Shown here piece after piece: positions 1 through 10,050 of a stretch of 64,000 nucleotides of DNA. The notes below the pieces were generated by a model that did not search any database, was not told the origin of the DNA, and saw nothing but the letters and a program-made list of their open reading frames with translations. This DNA comes from a phage, in sequence record PZ452591.1; one strand, 5' to 3'. Position 1 is the first letter of the stretch, and each line of letters starts with the position of its first letter. Both the position numbers and the translations under genes were made by a program.

Positions 1-277
1 CCAAAAAATTGTTGAGCGGGCATCAGCAATTTTAATATTTCCATCTTCTGACTGGGAAATTTCTGCATCATCATTAACTAGAGACAGAATACCGAGAAAA
101 CCGTTCAAATCGTAAATCGCTACATCAAAATCAATAACGTCAGAAATATTTGCTTCCGCATAAGTTGTACCATTAACTGCGCGAGTCATAATAAATTGAC
201 CGGATTTAAGCATAATACCGGAGTTAATAGTAGCGAAATTTTTAAGCAAAGCAGTAGTATCTTTAGACAGTTTCATG
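1..277 (-). CDS. 45: sliding clamp gp45, N-terminal part (gene continues beyond window start)
   Basis: minus-strand translation from ATG at 275-277 reads MKLSKDTTALLKNFATINSGIMLKSG..., matching the T4 gp45 N-terminus; reading frame open to position 1. Confidence 0.85.
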
Positions 278-331
278 TAATTTCCTTCAATTCAAATGAG
301 ATTTAATTTTATAACTAATTTAATAAAGCAA

Positions 332-721
332 TTAACGATTAAAATCAGCCGCAATTGTTTCCGCAACAATTTGAGCAGCAACAATTAGACGTTCATCTGC
401 ATTACCGCAATAATCATCTTCAAGGCGTTCACCACATGAAGTCATAATAAATTTAGCACCGGCGTTTAGGGATTCTGTAGTATGTTTGCGCATTAGTTCA
501 ATCCATTTATTACTTACTTCACGATCGATAGCTTCATAATACGCATGACGAGCAGGTGCAGATTTAATTTTATTCTGAATAACTTCCATTGCGTTATCAG
601 AAAGAGACAAAACCCATGCTCGACGAATTTTATTTTGGTTTTGTGGATTTGATTCAGAACGCACGTGTTTTGGCTGAATATCTTTTACATCAACGTTATA
701 ATTCACAGTAATTTTAGTCAT
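332..721 (-). CDS. rpbA: RNA polymerase-binding protein RpbA
   Basis: 129 aa ORF, position between 45 and 46, length as T4 RpbA. Confidence 0.75.
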   Translation of the reverse strand: MTKITVNYNVDVKDIQPKHVRSESNPQNQNKIRRAWVLSLSDNAMEVIQNKIKSAPARHAYYEAIDREVSNKWIELMRKHTTESLNAGAKFIMTSCGERLEDDYCGNADERLIVAAQIVAETIAADFNR

Positions 722-730
722 AATACACCT

Positions 731-919
731 TTAGTCATAATAATCAGTAACAGTCCAAGCTTCATTTCTATTGGACATTATTTTTGTATATTCTGCTTTA
801 AATGCATTCCTAAGCATAGATTCAGTAACTATATGCTCTTCATTAGAAAAATTATTTCTCAGAATATATCGTTTTATTTCAGGAATAGTTAATAGATGCT
901 GTCCAGTTGAATATTCCAT
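731..919 (-). CDS. hypothetical protein (45.2-like)
   Basis: 62 aa ORF tightly packed between rpbA and 46. Confidence 0.45.
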   Translation of the reverse strand: MEYSTGQHLLTIPEIKRYILRNNFSNEEHIVTESMLRNAFKAEYTKIMSNRNEAWTVTDYYD

Positions 920-974
920 GTTTTTCCTCCATAGAGATTATACTCTAATAAATTAAAGCATAATCTCTTATAAA

Positions 975-2657
975 TTAAACCATTACAGTAAATCGACCAA
1001 CTTTCTTCATTTGAAGATGCTGACCATATTCTTGCGGGTCATGGTCTTTATGCGAAATTATAAAAACATTAGTGTTTTTCATTGAATTTATAATATTAGC
1101 TACACCTTTAATACCTTCGGCATCAAATGACCCATCAAACACTTCATCGAGTATTAATGTACTAATACTAACACCAGATACAATAGAAGCAATATCACGC
1201 CAAGTAAATAAAAGAGCAATATCAATTCTTGCTTTTTCACCTTCACTAAATGAAGCATAACTAAAATCTTCGCGACCACGGGATTTAATTGTCTCATTAA
1301 ATTCTTCATCTAATGTAAACACATAATCCGCTTCCATTATTTTAAGATAATGGTTAATCTGCTTATTAAATAATGGAATGTACTTTTTAATAATAGCACC
1401 TTTAATGCCAGAATCTTTGAGCATATCAGTCAAAATTCCTCGGTGGTATTTTTCCATTACTAAATTAGTTTTTGTCTTAACAATTTTATCAAGTTCTTCT
1501 TGAAGCAGTGCTATTTCATCAGCATGGTCAATAAACTCAGAAGATGCTTTTTCTATAGCCGCTTTAACTTTTTTAGCTTTATCTACCGTTGTGATTAGAG
1601 ATTGCTTTTTATTGCGAATATCATTTGCCAACGACTGCTGGGTTTTAATATTATCTCGGTATTCATCAACAAGAACTTTTAAATTATCACGATGTGTTGA
1701 AAGCTGTTCAAACGAATGCGTGCATTCAGAAACTTTATCTTTAATTTTAGAAACAACTTTATCACCGGAACTCAATTGTGACAAACAGGTTGGACATAAT
1801 CCACCTTCGTGATACATATTAATGACTTTATTATATGAGTCAATTTTTGATTTAATTAAAACTGCTTCTTGACCGATTTTATTAAATGCATCAGTCGGGT
1901 CTTCATCTAAAACAATATTAACTAATCTTTCATTAGCTTCTTCTATTTCCGATTTTAGCGTTCTAGCTTCTTTTGCCAAATCATCATACATATTTTGCAG
2001 ACGAGTAAGGTTGTCACCCGTTAATTTTTTCTGGCGTTCAACGTTATCATTATATATTTTAATTTGTTGGATAATACTATCTTTTTTAACATCAAGCACT
2101 TGGTTTTGTGAATTTAATTCGCGTATTAGTGCTTTATTAAGCTTATCCATTTCAGCTAATGTTCCTACCTCGAGCAGGTCTTCCACAAGCTTTCTTCGCG
2201 CAGGGGTCGACAAACCCATGAAAGGGGTATACCCTGCTGTACCAAGGACAACAATCTGCTTGAAACTGGCATATGACATTCCGATAAGCTGTTCAAATTC
2301 TGCTTGGAAATCTTTACTGCTGGCAGATTCATTAAGACGTGTACCGTTAACGGTGATTTCGAAAACGTTCGGTTTTTGTCCTCTTTTGATATAGTACTTT
2401 TTCTCATCATATTCCATCCACAGTTCAACTAAAAGTTCTTTCTTATTTGTGCTGTTTATTAATTGACCTTTCTTTACATCACGAAATGGCTTGCCAAAAA
2501 GCCCAAATGTGATGGCTTCTAACATAGTAGACTTACCACCGCCATTTCGGCCAGTAATAAGAGTTTTTTGAACCTTATCTAATTGAATGTCAATAGGATT
2601 TCCACCTACTGACATTATATTTTGATACCTAACTCGGTTTAGTTTAAAATTCTTCAC
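975..2657 (-). CDS. 46: recombination/repair nuclease subunit gp46 (Rad50/SbcC-like ATPase)
   Basis: 560 aa; Walker A GRNGGGKST; long coiled-coil middle; matches T4 gp46 sequence and length. Confidence 0.9.
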   Translation of the reverse strand: MKNFKLNRVRYQNIMSVGGNPIDIQLDKVQKTLITGRNGGGKSTMLEAITFGLFGKPFRDVKKGQLINSTNKKELLVELWMEYDEKKYYIKRGQKPNVFEITVNGTRLNESASSKDFQAEFEQLIGMSYASFKQIVVLGTAGYTPFMGLSTPARRKLVEDLLEVGTLAEMDKLNKALIRELNSQNQVLDVKKDSIIQQIKIYNDNVERQKKLTGDNLTRLQNMYDDLAKEARTLKSEIEEANERLVNIVLDEDPTDAFNKIGQEAVLIKSKIDSYNKVINMYHEGGLCPTCLSQLSSGDKVVSKIKDKVSECTHSFEQLSTHRDNLKVLVDEYRDNIKTQQSLANDIRNKKQSLITTVDKAKKVKAAIEKASSEFIDHADEIALLQEELDKIVKTKTNLVMEKYHRGILTDMLKDSGIKGAIIKKYIPLFNKQINHYLKIMEADYVFTLDEEFNETIKSRGREDFSYASFSEGEKARIDIALLFTWRDIASIVSGVSISTLILDEVFDGSFDAEGIKGVANIINSMKNTNVFIISHKDHDPQEYGQHLQMKKVGRFTVMV

Positions 2658-2917
2658 AAAAGATTCCTTTTAATGTATCTTTTAGACCATTCTATCATAT
2701 CATCATAATCTAAAAAGTATTCATCAAATTCAGCCATGCAAACAACACCTTGTGCTGTTTTTGATGTAATATAAATTATTCCAACATATCTAGAATCTTC
2801 TTCGATATAATCAATATTTGCTATGAATTCATCATTAATGTCAAATGTCGAAAACTTCACAGTATGCATCCTTAATACAAGATACAGCCATATCTCGTAA
2901 TGATTTAGGTGTGTCAT
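2654..2917 (-). CDS. hypothetical protein (46.1-like)
   Basis: 87 aa ORF, start overlaps 46 stop. Confidence 0.45.
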   Translation of the reverse strand: MTHLNHYEIWLYLVLRMHTVKFSTFDINDEFIANIDYIEEDSRYVGIIYITSKTAQGVVCMAEFDEYFLDYDDMIEWSKRYIKRNLL

Positions 2918-3104
2918 TATCTAAAATGTTGAAGTTAAAAGATACAGCCCAGTCAGTGCAGACTGTAACCTTTTTAATACAATTATCTTCAACTTCTAGC
3001 GGTTCAAACCAGTATTCAATAATTTCTTTATGACCAATATCATCTTTCACTTCACATTTAAAATGCTGACTCATCATAACATTTTTAAATTCATCAAAAG
3101 TCAT
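2841..3104 (-). CDS. hypothetical protein (46.2-like)
   Basis: 87 aa ORF between 46.1-like and 47. Confidence 0.45.
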   Translation of the reverse strand: MTFDEFKNVMMSQHFKCEVKDDIGHKEIIEYWFEPLEVEDNCIKKVTVCTDWAVSFNFNILDNDTPKSLRDMAVSCIKDAYCEVFDI

Positions 3105-4120
3105 TGTGTTGCCTCTACATATAGCTGATTTGCATATTGAATAAGTGCTTCACGATCAGAATCAGTGATGTCTGGAATTGCATTAATGTATTCTTCCATC
3201 AACGTCTGAAGCGATTGAACTTCAACTTCTTCACTGTCATCTGACTCGACAGAGTTATCAATCTTTGACACAACTCGTAATGAATGCACAACTTTTTCTA
3301 GTTCAGATTCGAACTTCGTCAGATTTTTGTCTACTTCAGTTACTATAACACATACTGATAGATTTGTAAAATCTTTATAGTCAATTTTTCCTTTAAATGG
3401 ATAATGAATTCTACGATGCCAGGTAGTATTGTTTGGAATAAATTCCATTCGTTCTGTTTCTGTATCAAACATCCAGAACCCACGAGGGTCATTCTCGTCA
3501 CCTGCAGTTAGTGTCCATGGTGTCCCAATATATCTGACGTTTGCAGCCTCAGAAATAGTATGGAAGTGACCAGACCACACTTCTTTATAAGTCTTAAGGA
3601 AATCAGGTTCAAGACCGTGAGATTTCATTCCTTTATAAAAATAAAATCCATTCAGTTCCCAGTGACCGACACAAAAAGAAGCAGATGAAGTTTTGATGTG
3701 CTCAAGAATTTCACCAGTATTTTCTTCGCACATCCAAGGAATCAAATCAATCAAACATCCGTCAAAATCTACTGTAGTAGGCTTATCATATACTTTAACA
3801 TTAGGATATTTAGCCAAAAGCTCAGTAGAGGCATTTGGATGCATTACATTTTTATAGTGGAGATCGTGATTTCCTACAATAGTATGTAATGTAATTCCAG
3901 CATCATCAAGCGTTTGAACTATTTCACGGGCGAACTCCATAGTTTTGTGTGTGATTGCTTTTCGCACATCAAAAATATCACCATATTGAATCCAGGTAGT
4001 AATTCCATTTTTCTTAGAATATTCTATTGCTTGTTTAATTCCATCAATTTGAATACCGCGAATCCACTCATCATCAGCTTTAACGCCTAAATGCCAATCA
4101 CCTAAATTTAAAATTTTCAT
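3101..4120 (-). CDS. 47: recombination/repair nuclease subunit gp47 (Mre11/SbcD-like phosphoesterase)
   Basis: 339 aa; phosphoesterase motifs GDWHLG, GNHD, GHFH; ATGA overlap with downstream gene. Confidence 0.9.
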   Translation of the reverse strand: MKILNLGDWHLGVKADDEWIRGIQIDGIKQAIEYSKKNGITTWIQYGDIFDVRKAITHKTMEFAREIVQTLDDAGITLHTIVGNHDLHYKNVMHPNASTELLAKYPNVKVYDKPTTVDFDGCLIDLIPWMCEENTGEILEHIKTSSASFCVGHWELNGFYFYKGMKSHGLEPDFLKTYKEVWSGHFHTISEAANVRYIGTPWTLTAGDENDPRGFWMFDTETERMEFIPNNTTWHRRIHYPFKGKIDYKDFTNLSVCVIVTEVDKNLTKFESELEKVVHSLRVVSKIDNSVESDDSEEVEVQSLQTLMEEYINAIPDITDSDREALIQYANQLYVEATQ

Positions 4121-4280
4121 ATATCAAGAACCGTCATTGAAATGCAAAATAAAATTATTGAAATAAATCCATCTGGAGTACTAAAGAACCCAATCCAACA
4201 TGCTCTAGTGAATAGATAAAATGCAAGAAAAAGTATCACATATCCAAGAAATATCATTATATCAAACTCCGTATAAAGCT

Positions 4281-4298
4281 AAAGGGCCGAAGCCCTTT
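4281..4298 (-). terminator. UUCG-tetraloop hairpin overlapping the a-gt stop codon
   Basis: minus strand reads AAAGGGC-UUCG-GCCCUUU directly at the a-gt stop. Confidence 0.45.
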
Positions 4299-5499
4299 AT
4301 TTTGTAATAATGTCAAACTGTTCTTTAAAGCAGAAGCTTGAATCTTGATGCTGATACAAAAATTCATATGCTTTTTCTCGCTCACGGTCATAAAGAGCTC
4401 GGTCAGATGACAGTTCTTTAATACGTTCAAATGTTGATTCCATGTCATTTTCATCAAACCAAATGATACCGCTATCATGCGAGGTCAAAGGAGTATTATC
4501 AACACGGAATTTCAAATTATCACCCGTTGATTTCCAGAAAACAGGAATTGTACCGCAAGCACCTAATTCAAGATGAGTATATTCGAGTGAGCGTTGTAAG
4601 TATTTCTGGTTAAGTTTACTCAACTGATATCCAAAGCCAGATTTACTCATTCGTTCAAGCATTTCACTATTAATATAACAATCTAGGATTTGTGCCGGTT
4701 GATTCGGCGCGAGATTCATTTTATCAATCTCACGATTACCGTAATATTCATACGGAATACCTTTTTCCTTAATTGCAATAAAAGCAGGGGAACGTTCAAG
4801 ACCTTCCATTACAGTGGATTTACCAGCAGGTTTTAAGAATTTTTCGTGAAAATCAAACATCTGGTAAAAACCTTTCCATGTAGTCGTACGACCAATCCAA
4901 CGGTTGATATTCATGTTAATTTCAGAAACATCTTTCCAATAAGTTGACCGAACCTTCGCAATATCCATAGGAGGCTGAAAATTATATACTGTTGGTGCTT
5001 CTTCAATATCATCAAACAGAGAAACAGTTTCTGGATACCATTCTTTCATCAGAACTTTATTAAAATCGCCATTATCAGAATGACTAAAAATAACATCAGC
5101 TCGACGAACAGTTTCTTCTAATCCCAAATTTCGACGCAAAGAAAGAACAGAATGATCATGCTGATAAACTACAACACGAATAGAAGGTTTAATATTATCT
5201 AAAAGTTTTTTATAGTTATTAATCGTGGCTTCTTGAACAGAAGTAGCAGGAACAGAATTAATAATTAGAATATCACAATCATTAATCAGTTTAAGTGCTT
5301 TATCGTATTCTTTAGCTAAAATAACTGGAATTGAAAATGATTTGTGGTCATGAGAACTTGTACGAGTAAATGATTTATCTTTAGCATAAACCAAAGTTAC
5401 TTCATGACCATTTTTAATAAACCAATCACGCTGCTCAAGAGAAAATTTAGTTACACCGCAACCTTCAAGACCCCGAGCCATAAAAATACATACTTTCAT
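4297..5499 (-). CDS. a-gt: DNA alpha-glucosyltransferase (hmC glucosylation)
   Basis: 400 aa; near-identical to T4 alpha-gt as I recall it (..CIFMARGLEGCGVTKFSLEQRDWFIKNGHEV...). Confidence 0.85.
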   Translation of the reverse strand: MKVCIFMARGLEGCGVTKFSLEQRDWFIKNGHEVTLVYAKDKSFTRTSSHDHKSFSIPVILAKEYDKALKLINDCDILIINSVPATSVQEATINNYKKLLDNIKPSIRVVVYQHDHSVLSLRRNLGLEETVRRADVIFSHSDNGDFNKVLMKEWYPETVSLFDDIEEAPTVYNFQPPMDIAKVRSTYWKDVSEINMNINRWIGRTTTWKGFYQMFDFHEKFLKPAGKSTVMEGLERSPAFIAIKEKGIPYEYYGNREIDKMNLAPNQPAQILDCYINSEMLERMSKSGFGYQLSKLNQKYLQRSLEYTHLELGACGTIPVFWKSTGDNLKFRVDNTPLTSHDSGIIWFDENDMESTFERIKELSSDRALYDREREKAYEFLYQHQDSSFCFKEQFDIITK

Positions 5500-5565
5500 T
5501 TAATATCCTCTTTGTTTTGGTTTATTTTACCAAAAATTTATAAAGCAATATAGGAGCCGAAGCTC

Positions 5566-5739
5566 CTATCCGCATAATACGCCATACAAAGGCTCATTAG
5601 AGCTTCTAAATTTTATGCGCTTATATGTTATAGTTCCTTCTGCTTTAGCTTTATCGTAAGACTCTTTAAAGCGTCTCATCATTTCCTCTTTAGAGGAACG
5701 AATTTTATTATAATCTATTTCAGAAGTCTGGATGTTCAT
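5566..5739 (-). CDS. small hypothetical protein (57 aa), not in supplied ORF track
   Basis: ATG at 5737-5739 four nt after upstream stop; MNIQTSEIDY...; UUCG hairpin at its stop (5552-5567). Confidence 0.35.
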   Translation of the reverse strand: MNIQTSEIDYNKIRSSKEEMMRRFKESYDKAKAEGTITYKRIKFRSSNEPLYGVLCG

Positions 5740-5742
5740 CTT

Positions 5743-5949
5743 TCACAGTTGCCACCATTTTTTGACTTGATAAGAATCAACCCACACTTTCATATTAGGG
5801 TCTGCTCTTACAATAGGAGGATTAACTTCTTTAATTGAACTATCATGGTATTCTTTTTCAGAAATTTTCACACAAAGATGACCATTCAAAGATTCAGTAA
5901 ATCCTGCATTAATTTTAAGACGCTTGAATTTTACGTGTGTAAGCATCAA
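5743..5949 (-). CDS. hypothetical protein
   Basis: 68 aa ORF in tightly packed minus-strand operon. Confidence 0.4.
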   Translation of the reverse strand: MMLTHVKFKRLKINAGFTESLNGHLCVKISEKEYHDSSIKEVNPPIVRADPNMKVWVDSYQVKKWWQL

Positions 5950-6232
5950 TCATATCCTCAATCTGCGATCTAGTAGTCTTCCAAAGAATACTAATGAGTT
6001 CATCGTTATATGGCTGTTTTAGAATATCCCGACTTTTCTTGATAGCATATTCGTATTGAGCAAAATTATTATTTTCAGCTGCAATCTGAGCGTGCTTATA
6101 AAGACGATTCAGTTCGCGTTTGTTTTTAGACAATAACTTATTTGCTTTTCTTTCTGCTTCAAGACGGTTCTTTTCTTCAATAGAAGAAATAAGCTTTTCC
6201 ACTTCATCATTAATTTCGGGTTTATCAGTCAT
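5915..6232 (-). CDS. hypothetical protein
   Basis: 105 aa ORF, charged/helical. Confidence 0.5.
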   Translation of the reverse strand: MTDKPEINDEVEKLISSIEEKNRLEAERKANKLLSKNKRELNRLYKHAQIAAENNNFAQYEYAIKKSRDILKQPYNDELISILWKTTRSQIEDMIDAYTRKIQAS

Positions 6233-6233
6233 A

Positions 6234-6452
6234 TTATTTCTCTAATATAAAATAAAAATCATCATCTGTTAAATGATACCGATAGTTTAATTCTACACCA
6301 TTAGATTTAAAAGCAGTATCATACGGATTTTCTGGATCAATATCAATGTCAAGAGCTAAAACTTCCCTGAGATACATTTTAAGTAAATAGGGAATAGCTT
6401 CAACTTCAGGTATTTCTTCCAAGAATCCGGAGAGGTTAATCGTTAGCCTCAT
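6234..6452 (-). CDS. hypothetical protein
   Basis: 72 aa ORF immediately downstream of gene 55. Confidence 0.5.
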
Positions 6453-6993
6453 ATAAAAAATCCAAACTAGGAGAATCGTCTACAACACTTTTCTTTTCAG
6501 CCCCCGGTGTTCTATAGGTTGATTCTTCGTAATGCGTCATTTTATCGTAGATGTCTTGAATAAAAGTTTCATCTACTAACGCAACCATATCGTCGTCACG
6601 ACTGTCATAGACATTGTGAACGAAGTAACTATATTTCTTTGCAACTTCCTTACGTTCTTTTTTAATACGTTGGACGAATGCATTAAAACAAGCTTGAGTT
6701 ATATACGCATGTGGGTTTTTATATTTCGTTTCATCAAAATTATGAAGCCCCTTAATAGAAGCTTCGATACCATCTGCAATCATTTCTTGTTTCCAAGACT
6801 GGGTGTATCCTGAAAAGTTGAAACGTTTAGATAAGCCTTCTGCAATAAGCATAATGGCTAATCCGATAGTATCATTCTGACGAACTACTTTATTTGGGTC
6901 TTTATTATTTGCTAATTCTGTTTTCCAATCAATAATAGCTTGTAAAAGCTCTTTATTGTTTACGTAATTATATTTAGGCTTAGTTTCTGACAT
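6436..6993 (-). CDS. 55: late-transcription sigma factor gp55
   Basis: 185 aa from [23 protein letters not shown]..., matches T4 gp55; track ORF has 2 extra N-terminal codons. Confidence 0.9.
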
Positions 6994-7075
6994 TTTCACC
7001 TCTTAGCTCAATTCATAGATCTATTATATCATAATATTTGAAGATCTATCTTAAAGCACAGAGGATGAATCAATT

Positions 7076-7291
7076 TCAAGAATTCATCAGCTTAGCCGCT
7101 CCAAGAGCTGCATCTAGTGAATCAAATTGGTCAACATATTCAATCAATTCGCCGTAATTAGCATATAACCACCATTGGCTAAATTCATACTCAAGGATGA
7201 ATCCGTTTCCTTCAATTTGAGTTAAACCAATGCCATTTGTATTTACTTCATATCCAGCAAGACGCAAATCGTCAATAAGAGCTTCGTTCAT
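7076..7291 (-). CDS. hypothetical protein
   Basis: 71 aa ORF upstream of 55. Confidence 0.45.
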   Translation of the reverse strand: MNEALIDDLRLAGYEVNTNGIGLTQIEGNGFILEYEFSQWWLYANYGELIEYVDQFDSLDAALGAAKLMNS

Positions 7292-7293
7292 AA

Positions 7294-7620
7294 TTATACC
7301 TTAGTAATTTTCAGGTCTGCAAATTTTTTCTTACGTTGATTTTTCATGCGACGAATAGTTTTATCGGAAATTTCATGCTTTTGATAAGCTTTAGATTCTA
7401 CACCAAAAGCTTTAACATCAAATTCTGACAAGATATATTGAACCAGCAATTCACGGATAGTATTGCGTCCAATCTTCTGATCATTCTGTTTCATCGTCTG
7501 ATGAAGCTCTTTTTCCCATTTATCCAAAATTTGAGGAGTTACAATATCGCCTTTTTCTAGCAAAGAAACTACTTTATCATATGCGTAAGAATTGATGGCG
7601 TTTTTAATTTGAATAGTCAT
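7294..7620 (-). CDS. hypothetical protein
   Basis: 108 aa ORF. Confidence 0.5.
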   Translation of the reverse strand: MTIQIKNAINSYAYDKVVSLLEKGDIVTPQILDKWEKELHQTMKQNDQKIGRNTIRELLVQYILSEFDVKAFGVESKAYQKHEISDKTIRRMKNQRKKKFADLKITKV

Positions 7621-7660
7621 ACATTATCCTCAATTACGTTAAAATTTTATTATCCAAAAA

Positions 7661-7672
7661 GGGCCGAAGCCC
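7661..7672 (-). terminator. UUCG-tetraloop hairpin at gene 3' end
   Basis: minus strand GGGC-UUCG-GCCC overlapping stop of 7673..7873 ORF. Confidence 0.4.
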
Positions 7673-7873
7673 TTAGCTAAACTGTTTGGCACCCTTCCAG
7701 CCTTCGTACATCATTGCGGCTGATATTAATATTGCTCCTGAGCAACTTGAATATTTGTGATTCCAAAACCAGTTTAGAAAAACTTCATCCTCAATACCAT
7801 TGTGTTTCATGTTCTGGAAAAATTTGGCACGTTCTTCAGCAATTCGCTGCGATAATTTAGATTCAGGATTCAT
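7673..7873 (-). CDS. hypothetical protein
   Basis: 66 aa ORF. Confidence 0.4.
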   Translation of the reverse strand: MNPESKLSQRIAEERAKFFQNMKHNGIEDEVFLNWFWNHKYSSCSGAILISAAMMYEGWKGAKQFS

Positions 7874-8089
7874 TTAAATTTCCCAATTGCCATTTTCATC
7901 AATAAATTTAATCCAGTCATTTACTGACCACTTAGTTGTATCGCCTTTTGGAGCAACATTTAAAGTGTATAGCCCTTGCTTAAAAAGCATGCGTTTGATA
8001 TTCATATTTTCCTCAGCTGTAACGATAACACTCGTTTGATTTACGTTTAGCAACTCGTTGAGAAGTATTATAATCAAAATCATCGTCAA
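7874..8089 (-). CDS. hypothetical protein
   Basis: 71 aa ORF. Confidence 0.4.
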   Translation of the reverse strand: MTMILIIILLNELLNVNQTSVIVTAEENMNIKRMLFKQGLYTLNVAPKGDTTKWSVNDWIKFIDENGNWEI

Positions 8090-8345
8090 TGTAAACTGAT
8101 TTTTTCAACTTTCTTACTTCACCGCGTAATTGACGATTTAACTCATCTTTAACTTCTGAATCAATACCTTTCATTCTACGCCATTTATCTGAGCGAAAAA
8201 TGTTTTCAACCATATCTTTATGACTTACACCATCAGGAGCTTTACGCTTTCCGAAATAGTCATAATCACGAACTTTCAAGTCTTTACGACGATACGTTTT
8301 ACCCATGGAGTTTAATTTCCTTAGCAACTGAACTAAATGCAGCAC
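8013..8345 (-). CDS. hypothetical basic protein (true start probably the internal Met, MGKTYRRKDLK...)
   Basis: 110 aa track ORF; Lys/Arg rich; 5' end overlaps upstream ORF. Confidence 0.4.
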   Translation of the reverse strand: MLHLVQLLRKLNSMGKTYRRKDLKVRDYDYFGKRKAPDGVSHKDMVENIFRSDKWRRMKGIDSEVKDELNRQLRGEVRKLKKSVYIDDDFDYNTSQRVAKRKSNECYRYS

Positions 8346-8481
8346 GATCGCAAATCATGCGTTTATGTAACTTGAGTATAATATAGCAAACTTCAAAACT
8401 ATTTACATGAGTAACACGAACAGCATTACCATTAATGAGATAATACTGTCCCTTTTTAATTTCTTTATCAACTACAACCAT
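8299..8481 (-). CDS. hypothetical protein
   Basis: 60 aa ORF directly downstream of an early promoter. Confidence 0.4.
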   Translation of the reverse strand: MVVVDKEIKKGQYYLINGNAVRVTHVNSFEVCYIILKLHKRMICDRAAFSSVAKEIKLHG

Positions 8482-8509
8482 ATCAATTCCTCAAAGGTAA
8501 TTCATATGT

Positions 8510-8543
8510 TAATAATACCATGGTTTGAACTTGTTGTAAACAA
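8510..8543 (-). promoter_or_regulatory. T4-type early promoter
   Basis: minus strand GTTTAC (8536-8541), 18-nt spacer, TGGTATTAT (-10 at 8512-8517); upstream TTTCACAAA. Confidence 0.6.
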
Positions 8544-8622
8544 CTTTGTGAAAAATATTTTAGGGAATGATAAGAAAGGAACGATAGCTTAGAATGGTAA
8601 TATACAGAATGTGAGAAAGAAA

Positions 8623-8635
8623 GGCCCAGAGGGCC
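8623..8635 (-). terminator. hairpin followed by U-rich tract downstream of nrdH
   Basis: GGCCC-UCU-GGGCC then UUUCUUUCUC on the minus strand. Confidence 0.4.
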
Positions 8636-8639
8636 CGTC

Positions 8640-8963
8640 TTAATCTTCTATGATATCTCTATCATATCCAAGTGAAATGAGAGTTTCTTTGAAGTGTTTA
8701 ATGTTCTTTTGTCTAGAATCATTAATGAAAATGACTGGATAACGAATGTTAAGAGATGTGAATCCAGCGCGTTTAGCAAGAGATACAATCAGTGGACGAT
8801 CATACTCAATCTTACCATTATTTGTAAGAACTTTATAGAAAGTAAAAGGAGCATTGAGCTCCTTTAGAAGTTTTGTAACTGATTGACATCCAGGACAACG
8901 ACCTACTTCATCTGGAATTCCATAGACTTCAATCTTATTCTTTAAGTTCGAGTTTTGTTCCAC
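8640..8963 (-). CDS. nrdH: NrdH-like glutaredoxin
   Basis: CPGC redox motif after KIEVYG strand; probable GTG start at 8961-8963 with AAGGA 9 nt upstream; the track's 150 aa version has an out-of-frame-looking hydrophobic N-terminus. Confidence 0.6.
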   Translation of the reverse strand: MEQNSNLKNKIEVYGIPDEVGRCPGCQSVTKLLKELNAPFTFYKVLTNNGKIEYDRPLIVSLAKRAGFTSLNIRYPVIFINDSRQKNIKHFKETLISLGYDRDIIED

Positions 8964-9246
8964 GAGAAATAATTCCTTGGTAAGCCCAATAAGGAGGATT
9001 AACAGAATCCTCGTCAGAGTTTTCTTCAGGAAAATAAACCTGGATAACAAATCCAGATGCATCAAAGGTAAAATAAACCGTAGGCAGTTCACCTAACAAT
9101 TCGGCACGAGCATTAATTTCTTCGAGATCTCGTTCACGTCCAGCCCAAAAACTAGGATTTAGACTACATTCGTAAAAATAATAGTCATTACCGAACATGT
9201 CAAAACCCTTCCAACTCTCTACCACATACCGCTCAAAACTAATCAT
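8935..9246 (-). CDS. hypothetical protein
   Basis: 103 aa ORF; 3' end overlaps nrdH start region. Confidence 0.5.
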   Translation of the reverse strand: MISFERYVVESWKGFDMFGNDYYFYECSLNPSFWAGRERDLEEINARAELLGELPTVYFTFDASGFVIQVYFPEENSDEDSVNPPYWAYQGIISRGTKLELKE

Positions 9247-9248
9247 AA

Positions 9249-9464
9249 TTAAGCCTTTTTATCAAGAACAGAATTCAGCTTGTTAGTAATTTTATCCAGA
9301 CGCTCATTGAACTCACTAGAAGATAAGCCCTTTTCTGGAGAAATCAAACTAATCACGAAAAATATAGCAATAAAAGGAATAAGGAAAATAGCTCCAACTG
9401 CCATAAACAGAAAGAATGTTACAGTTGTAAGAAAATCAGCTAAACCTTTACGAAATTTATACAT
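9249..9464 (-). CDS. small membrane protein
   Basis: 71 aa; one long hydrophobic segment TVTFFLFMAVGAIFLIPFIAIFFVISLI. Confidence 0.5.
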   Translation of the reverse strand: MYKFRKGLADFLTTVTFFLFMAVGAIFLIPFIAIFFVISLISPEKGLSSSEFNERLDKITNKLNSVLDKKA

Positions 9465-9579
9465 ATTTTACCCTTAATTAATTAACAAAGCATTGATAAG
9501 CACTAAACTATATTGGGAATAAAATTCTGGACCAAAATGAAAAATCATATCATTTATAGTATCCATAATGTAATTCAAT

Positions 9580-10050
9580 TTAATCATGTTTCCACACCCC
9601 ATCGGTATTTGACCAAAGTCGCTGATTATCTGATCCTCGCCACAGCTTTTTAGTCGGAAGATTTTTCTCATACTTCCCATCAATAATAACATCAACATAT
9701 TTAAGCATTTCTAGTTGTTTAATATCTTCAAACTTATATCCTGTCCACAACCAAATGCTTTTATTGGGATAAAGATTTTTTACTGTTTGAACAATGCAAT
9801 GAATAACATCTCGATTATCAGGATAGAGAGGGTCTCCTCCAGTTATAGTTAATCCTTCTATATAATCATTATTCAAACATTCAATTAATTGCTCTAGTGT
9901 TTCACCAGTGAATGGAATGCCATTTCTAGCATTCCATGTTGATTTATTATAACACCCTTCACATTTATGCAAACAACCTGTAACGAAAAGAACGACCCTG
10001 CAACCAGGGCCATTCACAAAATCGCAAGGATAAAATCTATCATAATTCAT
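9580..10050 (-). CDS. nrdG: anaerobic ribonucleotide reductase activating protein NrdG (radical SAM)
   Basis: 156 aa; Cys cluster CLHKCEGCYN; immediately downstream of nrdD with ATGA overlap. Confidence 0.85.
   Translation of the reverse strand: MNYDRFYPCDFVNGPGCRVVLFVTGCLHKCEGCYNKSTWNARNGIPFTGETLEQLIECLNNDYIEGLTITGGDPLYPDNRDVIHCIVQTVKNLYPNKSIWLWTGYKFEDIKQLEMLKYVDVIIDGKYEKNLPTKKLWRGSDNQRLWSNTDGVWKHD

Noticed and set aside
4257-4478. 73 aa minus-strand ORF overlapping the 3' part of a-gt in another frame
   Set aside because: Entirely embedded in the alpha-glucosyltransferase gene.
8964-9092. N-terminal 43 codons of the 150 aa track ORF for nrdH
   Set aside because: Hydrophobic, looks like out-of-frame read-through of the upstream gene; the thioredoxin fold begins at KIEVYG, and an in-frame GTG with an AAGGA RBS at 8961-8963 gives a normal-sized glutaredoxin.
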